Shown piece after piece: positions 1-15,780 of a stretch of DNA of 64,000 nucleotides. The notes below the pieces were generated by a model. The model saw nothing but the letters and a program-made list of their open reading frames with translations. It did not search any database and was not told the DNA's origin. A program made the position numbers and the translations under genes. Each line of letters starts with the position of its first letter. The first letter of the stretch is position 1. The stretch lies in assembly GCF_056746865.1 (NCBI RefSeq), contig NZ_CM163382.1. The stretch is one strand, 5' to 3'.

Positions 1-496
1 TGTTGTACTTTATTCTCTTTCATTGGTACTTCCTCGCTTTAAAAAAGAGTGCACTTCGTAAGTGCCCTTATATAAATAACGAGTTTGGTCAACCAATTTT
101 TTGACATGTATCACAAATTTGAATAGATGTATTACATCAACTATCTTTTATTGCCCCAACGTCATTGATATATGTCGCCTGAAGTCAGTTCCGGGAATGA
201 GTCTGATCTCAAGACAGGCCCAGTCCTGGCGTTGATTAGCGCTGAGGAGCATATCGCATCTCATCATAATGTCGTATCTCCTGGGGTGTTATACAAGATA
301 TCGTTGTTGGTGACCTGGGAGAGGAATTGAGTTCTATTAAACCGTCAACTATGCCGGATACATACTGGATTACACAGCAGGCACGCCTTATGAGAGAACG
401 TGCCGCAGTGACGGGTTAATTATCTGAAAGAATTTGCGAGGCTGTATCGGTTACTCATTGGTTTGATAGTTTTACACTCGGGAGAGTAATAGATAT

Positions 497-1639
497 TTAA
501 TCCATTAACGGAAACCAGCCAGTTCCTTTCGATGCCTGAATTTGATCCCATAGTTTATCCGGAATGGTTAATTCAGGAACAAGTTGTGGATTAAGGGTTG
601 TTTGAATTTCATGGCTTCTACCTGATTCAGCTAAAGTCACCCATTCTGGATTTATCACCAGCCCTTTACCGATCGCAACAAGTGGCAGGCCAGTGGAAAT
701 TGCTTCTTGAGCCTGAGACGGTGTGCGTATTTTACCTGCAGCGATTACCGGCACTCTGCCTGCAATATGATTTAAAATCAATTCAATAGTTCGGGGGCCA
801 TTTGGCGACTCAACAGGGTAGCTATCGTTAATACTGACCAGCGAGGTATGTATATACGAAATACCGGATGCAATGAGCCGATCAAGGAGTTTATAAGTAT
901 CCTCTATCCGCAGCCCCCCTGTTGCAGATTCTTCAGGAGATATTCTGTAACCGATGGCAAAGGGCTTTGTCGCATATTCATAGACTACATTTTTTACTTC
1001 CTGTAATACGGCCAGCGGGAATCGCATACGTCTTTCGAGATCTCCTCCCCATCGGTCATTACGCTGGTTAAATAGAGGGGAGAAGAAATTCTGTAGAAGG
1101 AATCCGTGCGCACCATGAAGTTCAATGCCATCAAAACCTGCTTTAATCGCCCTTTTTGTGACATCTCCGAATGCTCTAATGGTTTCCTGAATTTCGTTTT
1201 CAGTCATTTCCCTGCTTTGTACCACTCTCTTCATAAAGTCACCAGATTTTACGCTTGATGCGCTGGCACTAATAACATCGTTATTTGGTACAAGCTCCGG
1301 GATGGCTTTATTACCGGCGTGGAAAATCTGCAAAATAGCCGGAGCACCGCCACTTTTGGCTGCCGCTGCTAACTTTTCAAGGCTGTTAATGAAACGGTCG
1401 TCATACGCGGCAAATTCATGAGTAAACCCAATGCCGCTTGGCGTGACATAGGTACATCCTGTTATTACTAAACCAACATTTTGTGAGCGACGTTTATAAA
1501 ATTCGAGTTCTTGCTCAGAGATGGTTCCATCAGGATTCGCTGACCAGGTCGTCATAGGAGCCATAACGATACGATTACGTAGCTTTATTTTTTCTGTCAG
1601 CATAAAAGGAGAAAACAATGATGGGTGTTTATTTGTCAT
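497..1639 (-). CDS. NADH:flavin oxidoreductase, Old Yellow Enzyme family (380 aa)
   Basis: ORF with OYE-type TIM-barrel motifs (GIELHGAHGFLLQNFFSP, RNDRWGG); recognition from memory of the family, no search run. Confidence 0.7.
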   Translation of the reverse strand: MTNKHPSLFSPFMLTEKIKLRNRIVMAPMTTWSANPDGTISEQELEFYKRRSQNVGLVITGCTYVTPSGIGFTHEFAAYDDRFINSLEKLAAAAKSGGAPAILQIFHAGNKAIPELVPNNDVISASASSVKSGDFMKRVVQSREMTENEIQETIRAFGDVTKRAIKAGFDGIELHGAHGFLLQNFFSPLFNQRNDRWGGDLERRMRFPLAVLQEVKNVVYEYATKPFAIGYRISPEESATGGLRIEDTYKLLDRLIASGISYIHTSLVSINDSYPVESPNGPRTIELILNHIAGRVPVIAAGKIRTPSQAQEAISTGLPLVAIGKGLVINPEWVTLAESGRSHEIQTTLNPQLVPELTIPDKLWDQIQASKGTGWFPLMD

Positions 1640-1883
1640 AACAATACCTCAAATGTTTATCTGATTTTGATGCGTATGTTTTAACTGGTTAGTTGTTGCC
1701 AGCTTTGGAACCAAGGTTTATGGCTTTATTTATAATTCCTTCAAAGGGTTTCTAATAATCTTAATAATTGAGTTGCTGCTTTTTTGTTTCTTTAATGAAA
1801 TTTCTTTTTGAGTAATTTTATTATTGTTGTGTAGTCAATAAAGGATAAATGTCAGGGAGATAAGGAATCTCCCTGTAAGATTA

Positions 1884-2804
1884 TTACAAATGTGTTTTAT
1901 AAAAAGGAATTAATTTATCGAGTGCCTGTTTCACAGGTTCTGGCTTATCATACAGGTCGTAATGTGAATAACCTTCAACCACGACCAGCTCTTTATGTTT
2001 TGAGGCAGCGCGGCCAATAATTTCGCAGCCGTCACGGTAGGCACCAAATGCGCCCACTCTATCGCCCACCACAACCATTATTGGTTGAGTTAACAGGACT
2101 TCTGCAAGATGAAATGCATCCCAACCCACGGCAACAGTCTGATGTGAGAATAGCGAACGATTTACCCCATTAGGTGCACAGCCTCGTGGCGAACGATAAT
2201 ATTCTGTGGCTTCAAAAAGGTCTATTTCTGTTAATCCCGCTTCAAGAGCTGCATCCGGAGAAGAGGGGAGTAAATCATCTACGCGAAGTTTTGCGCCGTT
2301 AGCTTCGTCTGTTCTTTGTTGCGCCATTGCTTCGAGTGCTCCGATAGGATTAAACGCTGTAAATCCCTCACGCATAAGACGCCCGTAGTTTGCACCCGTG
2401 ACAGTACCAATAGCTTTAATTCGACGTTCTGTCATTGCGGCATTAATGGCATATCCACCTCCACCACAAATACCCAGTACACCAATACGCCCGGCATCAA
2501 CGTAAGGTAAGGTGGTAAGGTAATCAACGACAATGCTGAAGTCTTTTACTCGCATTGTTGGATCTTCCAGATAACGCGGTTCTCCACCGCTGCTTCCCTG
2601 AAAACTGGCATCAAAAGCAATGACGATAAAGCCAGCTTTTGCCAGGGCGGCACCATACACACTACCCGATGTTTGTTCTTTGCAGCTTCCAATTGGATGG
2701 GCGCTGATAATGGCAGGATACTTTTTTTCACTATTAAAATCGTCAGGGAAATAGATATCAGCAGCTATATCCCAGTAAGTATGTTTTATCGAAACAGTTT
2801 TCAT
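1884..2804 (-). CDS. alpha/beta hydrolase, dienelactone-hydrolase-like (306 aa)
   Basis: ORF with nucleophile-elbow-like GICGGGGYA and C-terminal His region typical of alpha/beta-fold hydrolases. Confidence 0.6.
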   Translation of the reverse strand: MKTVSIKHTYWDIAADIYFPDDFNSEKKYPAIISAHPIGSCKEQTSGSVYGAALAKAGFIVIAFDASFQGSSGGEPRYLEDPTMRVKDFSIVVDYLTTLPYVDAGRIGVLGICGGGGYAINAAMTERRIKAIGTVTGANYGRLMREGFTAFNPIGALEAMAQQRTDEANGAKLRVDDLLPSSPDAALEAGLTEIDLFEATEYYRSPRGCAPNGVNRSLFSHQTVAVGWDAFHLAEVLLTQPIMVVVGDRVGAFGAYRDGCEIIGRAASKHKELVVVEGYSHYDLYDKPEPVKQALDKLIPFYKTHL

Positions 2805-2960
2805 TTCAAGCTCCGGGGAATTGCCTAAACAGATTTAAATATCATTTCTATTATCCGCAACTGGCATTCGTGTTCATGTCGAGAACGGCGTAATAGTATG
2901 ACTTGTATTGGTTATCATCAATGGTCTAATATCTATCACAGTGTTAAGTTAAGGTTTACA

Positions 2961-3887
2961 ATGATGAAAATAGAGCCTTCAATTTTGCCTTCTCTTGCCT
3001 GGTTTGCGCTGATTGTTCGTGCCGGCAGTTTTTCCAGAGCCGCTTCTGAAATGGGTATTACGCGGGCCGCATTGTCCCAGAATTTAAAATCTCTTGAGGA
3101 ACGTCTTAACACCAAGCTGATATACCGTACGACCCGCAATATGTCGCTTACTGAGGAAGGACAGCGTCTGTATGAAGTGCTGGTGTCGGCTTTGGGGCAA
3201 ATTGATGATGCTTTGAAAGATGTTGGTGATACCCAACTTGAACCTACAGGCCTGTTGAGAATAAATTCCTCCCGTGTTGCAGCACGGATGCTTGTTGAGC
3301 CTCATATTGGCGAGTTTCTTACTCGTTACCCCAAAACAAAGATAGAACTCATTATGGATGACGGTTTATCTAACATTATTGCGGACGGCTGTGATGTGGG
3401 CATACGTCTTGAGCAAGGACTGGATGAGCATATGACTGCCATTCCTGTTTCTCCGCTTATTAAACTGGTTACTGTGGCATCGCCAGATTATTTAAAAGAG
3501 CACGGTATTCCTGAAACGCCTCAGGAACTGAGTAACCATAATTGCCTTCGGTTGCGGCATAAAAGTAGTGGTGCACTCTCTGCATGGGAGTTTTCTAATG
3601 TTGCGGGGGGTAATGAAGAGTTCGAAATAGAGGTTTCAGGTAAGTATATTTCTAATGATGACGAAAGCATGATACGAATGGCGCTGAATGGAACGGGTAT
3701 CATTCAACATCTGGATTTTGCAATCGCTGAACATATCAATGCGGGCAAGTTACAGCCGATTCTTGAGGATTGGGCTGTTTCATTTCCTGGATTTTATATT
3801 TATGTTTCATCACGGGTGAGAATGCCCTCTAAAGTTCGTGCTTTTATTGATTTTATGGTGGAGAAAAGAGTAAAACTCGAAAATTGA
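2961..3887 (+). CDS. LysR-family transcriptional regulator
   Basis: N-terminal LysR HTH (SFSRAASEMGITRAALSQNLKSLEERLNTKL) plus substrate-binding domain; start trimmed to MMKIEP within the track ORF 2898..3887; divergent from the hydrolase gene. Confidence 0.7.
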   Translation: MMKIEPSILPSLAWFALIVRAGSFSRAASEMGITRAALSQNLKSLEERLNTKLIYRTTRNMSLTEEGQRLYEVLVSALGQIDDALKDVGDTQLEPTGLLRINSSRVAARMLVEPHIGEFLTRYPKTKIELIMDDGLSNIIADGCDVGIRLEQGLDEHMTAIPVSPLIKLVTVASPDYLKEHGIPETPQELSNHNCLRLRHKSSGALSAWEFSNVAGGNEEFEIEVSGKYISNDDESMIRMALNGTGIIQHLDFAIAEHINAGKLQPILEDWAVSFPGFYIYVSSRVRMPSKVRAFIDFMVEKRVKLEN

Positions 3888-4042
3888 TGATATGTGTAAT
3901 TGATGGTTGCTCTGGGCGAATATCGGTAAGAGGAATAACGTAATCATTAGGACGCGTTTACATAATAAACTTTCTGATAATTAATACTTATTTTCTATAC
4001 GGCCATAATATCAATTATCATTATCACCGGTAATGTGGTTAA

Positions 4043-6918
<2,876 letters not shown>

Positions 6919-7468
6919 TTATCGTTCATGAGAAGCATAACGTAAAGGGAAGAGCTCGATTAGACGGCAGGATTTGTCAGGGGTTATGAACGAAATTCAT
7001 AAATCTGCTTGAGTGTTGCGATGAGTCGTGCAAGTTCGATATCCCTGCAATTCACAGTCTGATGAAGAAAAATGAATATCCATAAAAAATATATTGGTTT
7101 ATCCTGGTGTATATACCTACTTCGACGTATTCCCAATAGCGATTAATTAAAGACAGGTCATTATTATTCACTCTTAATAATGAATTATTCACTGCCCGCA
7201 GAGTAAGAAATATAACTTAAGTATCTATTTAATAACTTGCACAAAAAGCTAAATTTTCACCAATAAATAAAAATATAATCCCGCGCCCAACCACCTGATG
7301 AGTGGCTACAGACACTGGATATATTAGGTGGCGGTGTACTTTCTTACATAAAGGTATTTCCTTTTCTGCGGAAAAGGAAATCGGGGATTTCCCGGTTTTT
7401 CTGACAAGCAGACGCCACTATTTGTGTCTGCCTATGTTCGTTAATTCGTTCATCAGGAAATTATCTCA

Positions 7469-10400
7469 ATGTCACGTTATAAAACAGGTCATAAACAACC
7501 ACGATTTCGTTATTCAGTTCTGGCCCGCTGCGTGGCGTGGGCAAATATCTCTGTTCAGGTTCTTTTTCCACTCGCTGTCACCTTTACCCCAGTAATGGCG
7601 GCACGTGCGCAGCATGCGGTTCAGCCACGGTTGAGCATGGAAAATACCACGGTAATTGCAGATAATAATGTGGAGAAAAATTTCGCGTCGTTTGCCGCAA
7701 ATGCCGGGACATTTTTAAGCAGTCAGCCAGATAGCGATGCGACACGTAACTTTATTACCGGAATGGCCACCGCTAAAGCTAACCAGGAAATACAGGAGTG
7801 GCTCGGGAAATATGGTACAGCGCGCGTCAAACTGAATGTCGATAAAGATTTCTCGCTGAAGGATTCTTCGCTGGAAATGCTTTATCCGATTTATGATACG
7901 CCGACAAATATGTTGTTCACTCAGGGGGCAATACATCGTACAGACGATCGTACTCAGTCAAATATTGGTTTTGGCTGGCGTCATTTTTCAGGAAATGACT
8001 GGATGGCGGGGGTGAACACCTTTATCGACCATGATTTATCCCGTAGTCATACCCGCATTGGTGTTGGTGCGGAATACTGGCGTGATTATTTGAAATTGAG
8101 CGCCAATGGTTATATCCGGGCTTCTGGCTGGAAAAAATCGCCGGATGTTGAGGATTATCAGGAACGCCCGGCGAATGGCTGGGATATTCGTGCTGAGGGC
8201 TATTTACCCGCCTGGCCGCAGCTTGGCGCAAGCCTGATGTATGAACAGTATTATGGTGATGAAGTCGGGCTGTTTGGTAAAGATAAACGCCAGAAAGACC
8301 CGCATGCTATTTCTGCCGAGGTAACCTATACACCAGTGCCTCTTCTGACACTGAGCGCCGGGCATAAGCAGGGCAAGAGTGGTGAGAATGACACTCGCTT
8401 TGGCCTGGAAGTTAACTACCGAATTGGCGAACCTCTGGAAAAACAACTCGATACAGACAGCATTCGCGAGCGTCGAATGCTGGCAGGCAGCCGCTATGAC
8501 CTGGTTGAGCGTAATAACAACATCGTTCTTGAGTACCGCAAATCTGAAGTAATCCGTATTGCTCTGCCTGAGCGGATTGAAGGTAAGGGCGGTCAGACAC
8601 TTTCCCTGGGACTTGTGGTCAGCAAAGCAACTCACGGACTGAAAAATGTGCAGTGGGAAGCGCCGTCATTACTGGCTGAAGGTGGCAAAATTACCGGTCA
8701 GGGTAGTCAGTGGCAAGTAACGCTCCCGGCTTATCGTCCAGGCAAAGACAATTATTATGCGGTTTCAGCGATTGCCTACGATAACAAAGGCAATGCCTCG
8801 AAACGTGTGCAGACAGAAGTGGTTATTAGCGGAGCTGGTATGAGCGCCGATCGTACGGCGTTAACGCTTGACGGTCAGAGCCGTATTCAAATGCTTGCTA
8901 ACGGTAATGAGCAAAAACCGCTGGTGCTGTCTCTGCGCGACGCCGAGGGCCAGCCAGTCACGGGCATGAAAGATCAGATTAAGACTGAACTAACCTTCAA
9001 ACCGGCTGGAAATATTGTGACTCGTACCCTGAAGGCCACTAAATCACAGGCAAAGCCAACACTGGGTGAGTTCACCGAAACTGAAGCAGGGGTGTATCAG
9101 TCTGTCTTTACTACCGGAACGCAGTCAGGTGAGGCAACGATTACTGTTAGCGTTGATGACATGAGCAAAACTGTCACTGCAGAACTGCGGGCCACGATGA
9201 TGGATGTGGCAAACTCCACCCTGAGCGCTAACGAGCCGTCAGGTGACGTGGTTGCTGATGGTCAGCAAGCCTACACGCTGACACTGACAGCGGTGGACTC
9301 CGAGGGTAATCCGGTGACGGGAGAAGCCAGCCGCCTGCGACTTGTTCCGCAAGACACTAATGGTGTAACCGTTGGTGCCATTTCGGAAATAAAACCAGGG
9401 GTTTACAGCGCCACGGTTTCTTCGACCCGTGCCGGAAACGTTGTTGTGCGCGCCTTCAGCGAGCAGTATCAGCTGGGCACATTACAACAAACGCTGAAGT
9501 TTGTTGCCGGGCCGCTTGATGCAGCACATTCGTCCATCACCCTGAATCCTGATAAACCGGTGGTCGGCGGTACGCTTACGGCAATCTGGTCGACAAAAGA
9601 TGCCTATGACAACCCTGTGACCAGCCTCACGCCGGAAGCGCCGTCATTAGCGGGTGCCGCTGCTGTAGGTTCTACGGCATCGGGCTGGACAAATAATGGT
9701 GATGGGACGTGGACTGCGCAGATTACTCTCGGCTCTACGGCGGGTGAATTAGAAGTTATGCCGAAGCTAAATGGACAGGATGCGGCAGCAAATGCGGCAA
9801 AAGTAACCGTGGTGGCTGATGCGTTATCTTCAAACCAGTCGAAAGTCTCCGTCGCAGAAGATCACGTAAAAGCCGGCGAAAGCACAACCGTGACGCTTAT
9901 TGCAAAAGATGCACATGGCAACGCTATCAGTGGTCTTTCGTTGTCGGCAAGTTTGACGGGGACCGCCTCTGAAGGGGCGACCGTTTCCAGTTGGACCGAA
10001 AAAGGTGACGGTTCCTATGTTGCTACGTTGACTACAGGCGGAAAGACGGGCGAGCTTCGCGTCATGCCTCTCTTCAACGGCCAGCCAGCAGCCACCGAAG
10101 CCGCGCAGTTGACGGTCATCGCTGGAGAGATGTCATCAGCTAACTCTACGCTTGTTGCGGACAATAAGACTCCAACGGTTAAAACGACGACGGAACTCAC
10201 CTTCACCGTGAAGGATGCGTACGGGAACCCGGTCACCGGGCTGAAGCCAGATGCACCAGTGTTTAGCGGTGCCGCCAGCACGGGGAGTGAGCGTCCTTCA
10301 GCAGGAAGCTGGACAGAGAAAAGTAATGGGGTCTACGTGTCGACCTTAACGCTGGGATCTGCCGCGGGTCAGTTGTCTGTGATGCCGCGAGTGAACGGCC

Positions 10401-11722
10401 AAAATGCCGTTGCTCAGCCACTGGTGCTGAATGTTGCAGGTGACGCATCTAAGGCTGAGATTCGTGATATGACAGTGAAGGTTAATAACCAACTGGCTAA
10501 TGGACAGTCTGCTAACCAGATAACCCTGACCGTTGTGGACAGCTATGGTAACCCGTTGCAGGGGCAAAATGTGACGCTGACCCTGCCGAAAGGTGTGACC
10601 AGCAAGACGGGGAATACAGTAACAACCAATGCGGCAGGTAAAGCGGATATTGAGTTGATATCAACCGTTGCAGGGGAACTTGAAATCGCGGCCGCGGTGA
10701 AAAACTCTCAGAAGACGGTCACGGTGAAATTCAACGCGGATGCCAGCACCGGTCAGGCAAACCTGCAGGTTGACACCGCCGTTCAAAAAGTGGCAAACGG
10801 CAAAGATGCCTTTACGCTGACGGCGACCGTTGAGGATAAAAACGGTAACCCTGTTCCAGGCACTCTGGTGACCTTTAATCTGCCCCGAGGTGTCAAGCCG
10901 CTTACTGGCGATAATGTCTGGGTGAAAGCCAACGATGAGGGGAAAGCAGAGTTGCAGGTGGTTTCCGTGACTGCCGGAACCTATGAGATCACGGCGTCGG
11001 CAGGAAATGACCAGCCTTCGGATGCGCAGACTATAACGTTTGTGGCCGATAAGGCGACCGCAACCGTCTCCGGTATTGAGGTGATTGGCAACTATGCACT
11101 GGCGGATGGCAAAGCCAAACAGACGTATAAAGTTACGGTGACTGATGCCAATAACAACCTGTTGAAAGATAGCGAGGTGACGCTGACTGCCAGCCCGGCA
11201 AATTTAGCTCTGGATCCCGATGGGACGGCGAAAACTAATGAGCAAGGGCAGGCTATTTTCACCGCCACGACCACTGTCGCAGCGAAATATACACTCACGG
11301 CGCAAGTGAGTCAGACCAACGGTCAGGTATCAACGAAAACTGCCGAATCTAAATTCGTCGCGGATGATAAAAACGCGGAGCTCACCGCATCATCTGATGT
11401 GCAATCGCTGGTGGCGGATGGGAAATCGACTGCGAAGCTGGAGGTTACCCTGTTCTCGGCAAATAACCCTGTTGGGGGGAATGTGTGGGTCGACATTGAG
11501 GCTCCGGAAGGAGTGACGGAGAAGGATTATCAATTCCTGCCGTCGAAAAATGACCATTTCGTGAGCGGAAAAATCACGCGTACATTTAGTACCAGCAAGC
11601 CTGGTGTCTATACGTTCACATTTAACGCCCTGACCTATGGCGGGTACGAAATGAAGCCAGTGACGGTGACCATAACCGCGGTGGATGCCGATACGGCAAA
11701 GGGCGAGGAGGCGATGAAGTAA
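7469..11722 (+). CDS. eaeH: intimin/invasin-family outer-membrane adhesin (inverse autotransporter), 1417 aa, apparently intact
   Basis: N-terminal signal and beta-barrel region followed by many tandem bacterial Ig-like (Big) domains, including recurring GELEVMPKLNGQ / GELRVMPLFNGQ / GQLSVMPRVNGQ blocks; position next to ykgA/rcl matches eaeH. Confidence 0.8.
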   Translation: MSRYKTGHKQPRFRYSVLARCVAWANISVQVLFPLAVTFTPVMAARAQHAVQPRLSMENTTVIADNNVEKNFASFAANAGTFLSSQPDSDATRNFITGMATAKANQEIQEWLGKYGTARVKLNVDKDFSLKDSSLEMLYPIYDTPTNMLFTQGAIHRTDDRTQSNIGFGWRHFSGNDWMAGVNTFIDHDLSRSHTRIGVGAEYWRDYLKLSANGYIRASGWKKSPDVEDYQERPANGWDIRAEGYLPAWPQLGASLMYEQYYGDEVGLFGKDKRQKDPHAISAEVTYTPVPLLTLSAGHKQGKSGENDTRFGLEVNYRIGEPLEKQLDTDSIRERRMLAGSRYDLVERNNNIVLEYRKSEVIRIALPERIEGKGGQTLSLGLVVSKATHGLKNVQWEAPSLLAEGGKITGQGSQWQVTLPAYRPGKDNYYAVSAIAYDNKGNASKRVQTEVVISGAGMSADRTALTLDGQSRIQMLANGNEQKPLVLSLRDAEGQPVTGMKDQIKTELTFKPAGNIVTRTLKATKSQAKPTLGEFTETEAGVYQSVFTTGTQSGEATITVSVDDMSKTVTAELRATMMDVANSTLSANEPSGDVVADGQQAYTLTLTAVDSEGNPVTGEASRLRLVPQDTNGVTVGAISEIKPGVYSATVSSTRAGNVVVRAFSEQYQLGTLQQTLKFVAGPLDAAHSSITLNPDKPVVGGTLTAIWSTKDAYDNPVTSLTPEAPSLAGAAAVGSTASGWTNNGDGTWTAQITLGSTAGELEVMPKLNGQDAAANAAKVTVVADALSSNQSKVSVAEDHVKAGESTTVTLIAKDAHGNAISGLSLSASLTGTASEGATVSSWTEKGDGSYVATLTTGGKTGELRVMPLFNGQPAATEAAQLTVIAGEMSSANSTLVADNKTPTVKTTTELTFTVKDAYGNPVTGLKPDAPVFSGAASTGSERPSAGSWTEKSNGVYVSTLTLGSAAGQLSVMPRVNGQNAVAQPLVLNVAGDASKAEIRDMTVKVNNQLANGQSANQITLTVVDSYGNPLQGQNVTLTLPKGVTSKTGNTVTTNAAGKADIELISTVAGELEIAAAVKNSQKTVTVKFNADASTGQANLQVDTAVQKVANGKDAFTLTATVEDKNGNPVPGTLVTFNLPRGVKPLTGDNVWVKANDEGKAELQVVSVTAGTYEITASAGNDQPSDAQTITFVADKATATVSGIEVIGNYALADGKAKQTYKVTVTDANNNLLKDSEVTLTASPANLALDPDGTAKTNEQGQAIFTATTTVAAKYTLTAQVSQTNGQVSTKTAESKFVADDKNAELTASSDVQSLVADGKSTAKLEVTLFSANNPVGGNVWVDIEAPEGVTEKDYQFLPSKNDHFVSGKITRTFSTSKPGVYTFTFNALTYGGYEMKPVTVTITAVDADTAKGEEAMK

Positions 11723-11755
11723 TATTAAGAATATGAAAGTAACATTCTAATAAAC

Positions 11756-11788
11756 AATAATGGCGTTGACATCTTCAACGCCATTATT
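11756..11788. terminator. hairpin (14-bp stem, 5-nt loop) between convergent eaeH and the AraC-type gene; likely bidirectional terminator
   Basis: aataatggcgttga-catct-tcaacgccattatt read directly, followed by tatt. Confidence 0.45.
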
Positions 11789-11842
11789 TATTGAATTGCC
11801 TGACAGTAGTCTCGTTATAAATTCATGTAAACATCGCTACAG

Positions 11843-12733
11843 CTAAACCGGGCGAACGGGGATAAAAATTTCGCAAACAATGTTATTGCTATCAATTTCG
11901 ACGAAGTTTTCATTGTAATAAAATCGCTCAATATCACTGCCGTTCACTCTGGCTAACCCCCTGGCAGGTAATTCCATCAGATAGAGGTTTCGCGCCCATT
12001 CAGGGTAGTGCTCCCACTCACCTTCATAGCGGAAAGAGGCATACAGTCCTCGGTTAATTGTCCACTCTTTCGACATCTCTGAATCGGTTTGTTTGCATAC
12101 CGTACCGGCAAAAGTTTCAACTGTGAGCAAATCGACCGATTTTGTTGACGGTTCGAATGTGGAGACGAAATAGATATCCGTCTTAAAATTCTTCATACAT
12201 CTGGCTAAATGATGACGTCGCAGTTTGACTTCTTCATCCGGTGATTTATTCGATACTTCAATATCATATTTAAATGAATTGCCAAAAATAGGTGTCTCAG
12301 GAAAGTTGACTAATCTACACTCCGTCTTTTGCTGTTGACGTATTAAAAAAGAAGGGAAGATATTTGCGAGATCCCAATAATCACGGTGGCGGTATTCACG
12401 GGGAGAGCAGCCGAATAACTTTTTAAATTCGCGGCTGAATGACTGCTGTGAGTCAAAATGTAAAGAGAGTGCAATATCAAGCATAGATTTCGCGGTGAGT
12501 CGGACAAGAATGGCGGCACGACAAAGCCTTCGTTTGCGAATGTATTCTCCCAAAGGCACATGCATGAAATTTCGGAACAGAAGCTGGATGTTGCGTCTGC
12601 TGTAGCCAGATTTCTGTGCGATATCTTCGATTGAAATAGGGTGCTCAAGATTGCACTCAATCCACTCCAGGAGCTGCTGTAGAATCTTCTGCCTGATCAT
12701 CACATTCTCCGTTAATTCTTTGTCATATCGCAC
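11843..12733 (-). CDS. ykgA: AraC-family regulator with C-terminal GyrI-like effector domain (up to 296 aa; true start may be internal)
   Basis: AraC-type HTH near the N-terminus (IEDIAQKSGYSRRNIQLLFRN, FDSQQSFSREFKKLFGCSPREYR); symbol assigned from position between eaeH and rclC, moderate certainty. Confidence 0.6.
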   Translation of the reverse strand: MRYDKELTENVMIRQKILQQLLEWIECNLEHPISIEDIAQKSGYSRRNIQLLFRNFMHVPLGEYIRKRRLCRAAILVRLTAKSMLDIALSLHFDSQQSFSREFKKLFGCSPREYRHRDYWDLANIFPSFLIRQQQKTECRLVNFPETPIFGNSFKYDIEVSNKSPDEEVKLRRHHLARCMKNFKTDIYFVSTFEPSTKSVDLLTVETFAGTVCKQTDSEMSKEWTINRGLYASFRYEGEWEHYPEWARNLYLMELPARGLARVNGSDIERFYYNENFVEIDSNNIVCEIFIPVRPV

Positions 12734-13521
12734 ATTTTCGTTATGTCCTGGGCCTTAAGTGTATCAAAAACAGCAAGTCCCAAGGCAAAAGCACTGATAG
12801 CGTCTGCTTCATTGCCCCAAAAATAGAGAGGTTTCAGTCCTACATTATTAATGAATTTTTTGCATAAGTGATATCAAAATCCACATACTAATTTGAGGTT
12901 ACGTTTTAACGTAGACTCATTGTTCATACCTAATGGAGGGACTGACAGTGGAATTTTCCGTATTAAGTAACAATCTGAAAATGCCGATGATGGGATTTGG
13001 TGTTTTTCAGGTTACCGATAAAGACGTGTGCAAACAGTCAGTGTTGAATGCTATCCGCACGGGTTATCGACTCATCGACACTGCAGCGGTATACGGTAAT
13101 GAAGATGCCGTCGGTGAAGCCGTTCGTGAAGCTATATCTGAAGGTTTATGTACCCGAGATGAGTTATTTATAACGTCTAAATTGTGGGTGCAGGATATGT
13201 TGAATCAGGATACGGCAAAAGCAGGTATTGAAGCATCATTAAAAAAATCGGGACTAGAATACTTCGACCTCTATTTATTGCACCAGGCTATGCGCGATTA
13301 TTTCAGTGCGTGGCGTGCACTCGAAGATGCCTATGAAGAGGGCAAATTAAAAGCAATTGGGGTTTCCAATTTCTATCCTCATGTTCTGGCGAACTTTTGT
13401 GAAACGGTAAGAGTTAAACCGATGGTCAACCAGGTCGAGTTGCATCCCTATTTTGCCCAACCAGAGGCGCTGGCAACCATGAAGTATTATAACGTGCAGC
13501 CTGAAGCATGGGCTCCGTTAG

Positions 13522-14716
<1,195 letters not shown>

Positions 14717-15175
14717 TTAGGTGGTGGACGACATAAACCCTTTGAAAATAATCTGCTTCAGAGTATTGCAGATGCCCATCAAAAATCGATTTCTCAAGTC
14801 ATTCTGCGTTGGAATATTCAACGGGGAGTGGTCGTTATTCCGAAATCGACACATCAACAGCGTATCGAAGAAAATTTTGCTATCTGGGATTTCTCACTGA
14901 CAGAGAAAGAAATGGCACAAATTAGTTCGCTTGATTTGGGTTATGTTGGGGAGTCGGTAAAACATTTTAATCCTGAATTTGTTCGTGGTTGTCTTGCTGT
15001 AAAAATACATGATTGATATTAATCATGTATTTTACCTGAGACGACAAGAATCTTTTAACAGGGGAGTGATATTGATCTTCACTCTGTCATATCTCCGGTA
15101 ATATGGCGTCAGGCTTCATCATCAGAAAGGGGGCCTGACGCCTGAAAAAGTGAACAACAGACAGTGTTCGGATTA

Positions 15176-15769
15176 TCAATATTCAGTTTTTAACGTTGAA
15201 CTGGATTCATTACTGCGTTGTTTAAGAATTTCCCGCGCCGAATCTGCCATTATCATGACAGCACCTGCCAGCATCAGAGTATCTTTCAATACCAGGCGAC
15301 CAGCACCGGATAAATAAGGGAAACCATGATGAGCGTCACCCAATGCGGGTACCCATGCCTCCGGGGTGGTGATTAAAAATGAGAGTGTTACCAACGGTGT
15401 GGTAAATGCCATCAGCCCTCCCAATAAACCTAACCAGCGATTGACAGGATTAGCCAAAACCAGCAGAGCAATAATCACCTCCACGACGCCAAGACCGTTG
15501 GAAAAACCATAGGTATTATTGGCCGATTGCCATGCCCTTGCTTCTGGTTTGTATTCGCCTTCGTGAGTCAGATACTGTTTATAGTCTTCCGGGTGTTCAT
15601 AAAAGAACGACATTAGTGGACTGTTTGCGACGAATGGTGTAATGCTGTCTGCCTCGTAAGGGACAAACTTTAATAACCCAATCCACATAAAAACAATCGC
15701 AATACTCAGACGAATCAATGTCAGGCCAATTTTATCTCCCCGACTTAACAGGTGAAGGTATTTTTCCAT
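15176..15769 (-). CDS. rclC: inner-membrane protein RclC (DUF417), 197 aa
   Basis: Hydrophobic ORF; start trimmed to MEKYLHLL; first gene on the minus-strand rclABC unit. Confidence 0.8.
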   Translation of the reverse strand: MEKYLHLLSRGDKIGLTLIRLSIAIVFMWIGLLKFVPYEADSITPFVANSPLMSFFYEHPEDYKQYLTHEGEYKPEARAWQSANNTYGFSNGLGVVEVIIALLVLANPVNRWLGLLGGLMAFTTPLVTLSFLITTPEAWVPALGDAHHGFPYLSGAGRLVLKDTLMLAGAVMIMADSAREILKQRSNESSSTLKTEY

Positions 15770-15780
15770 TGTGAACATCC

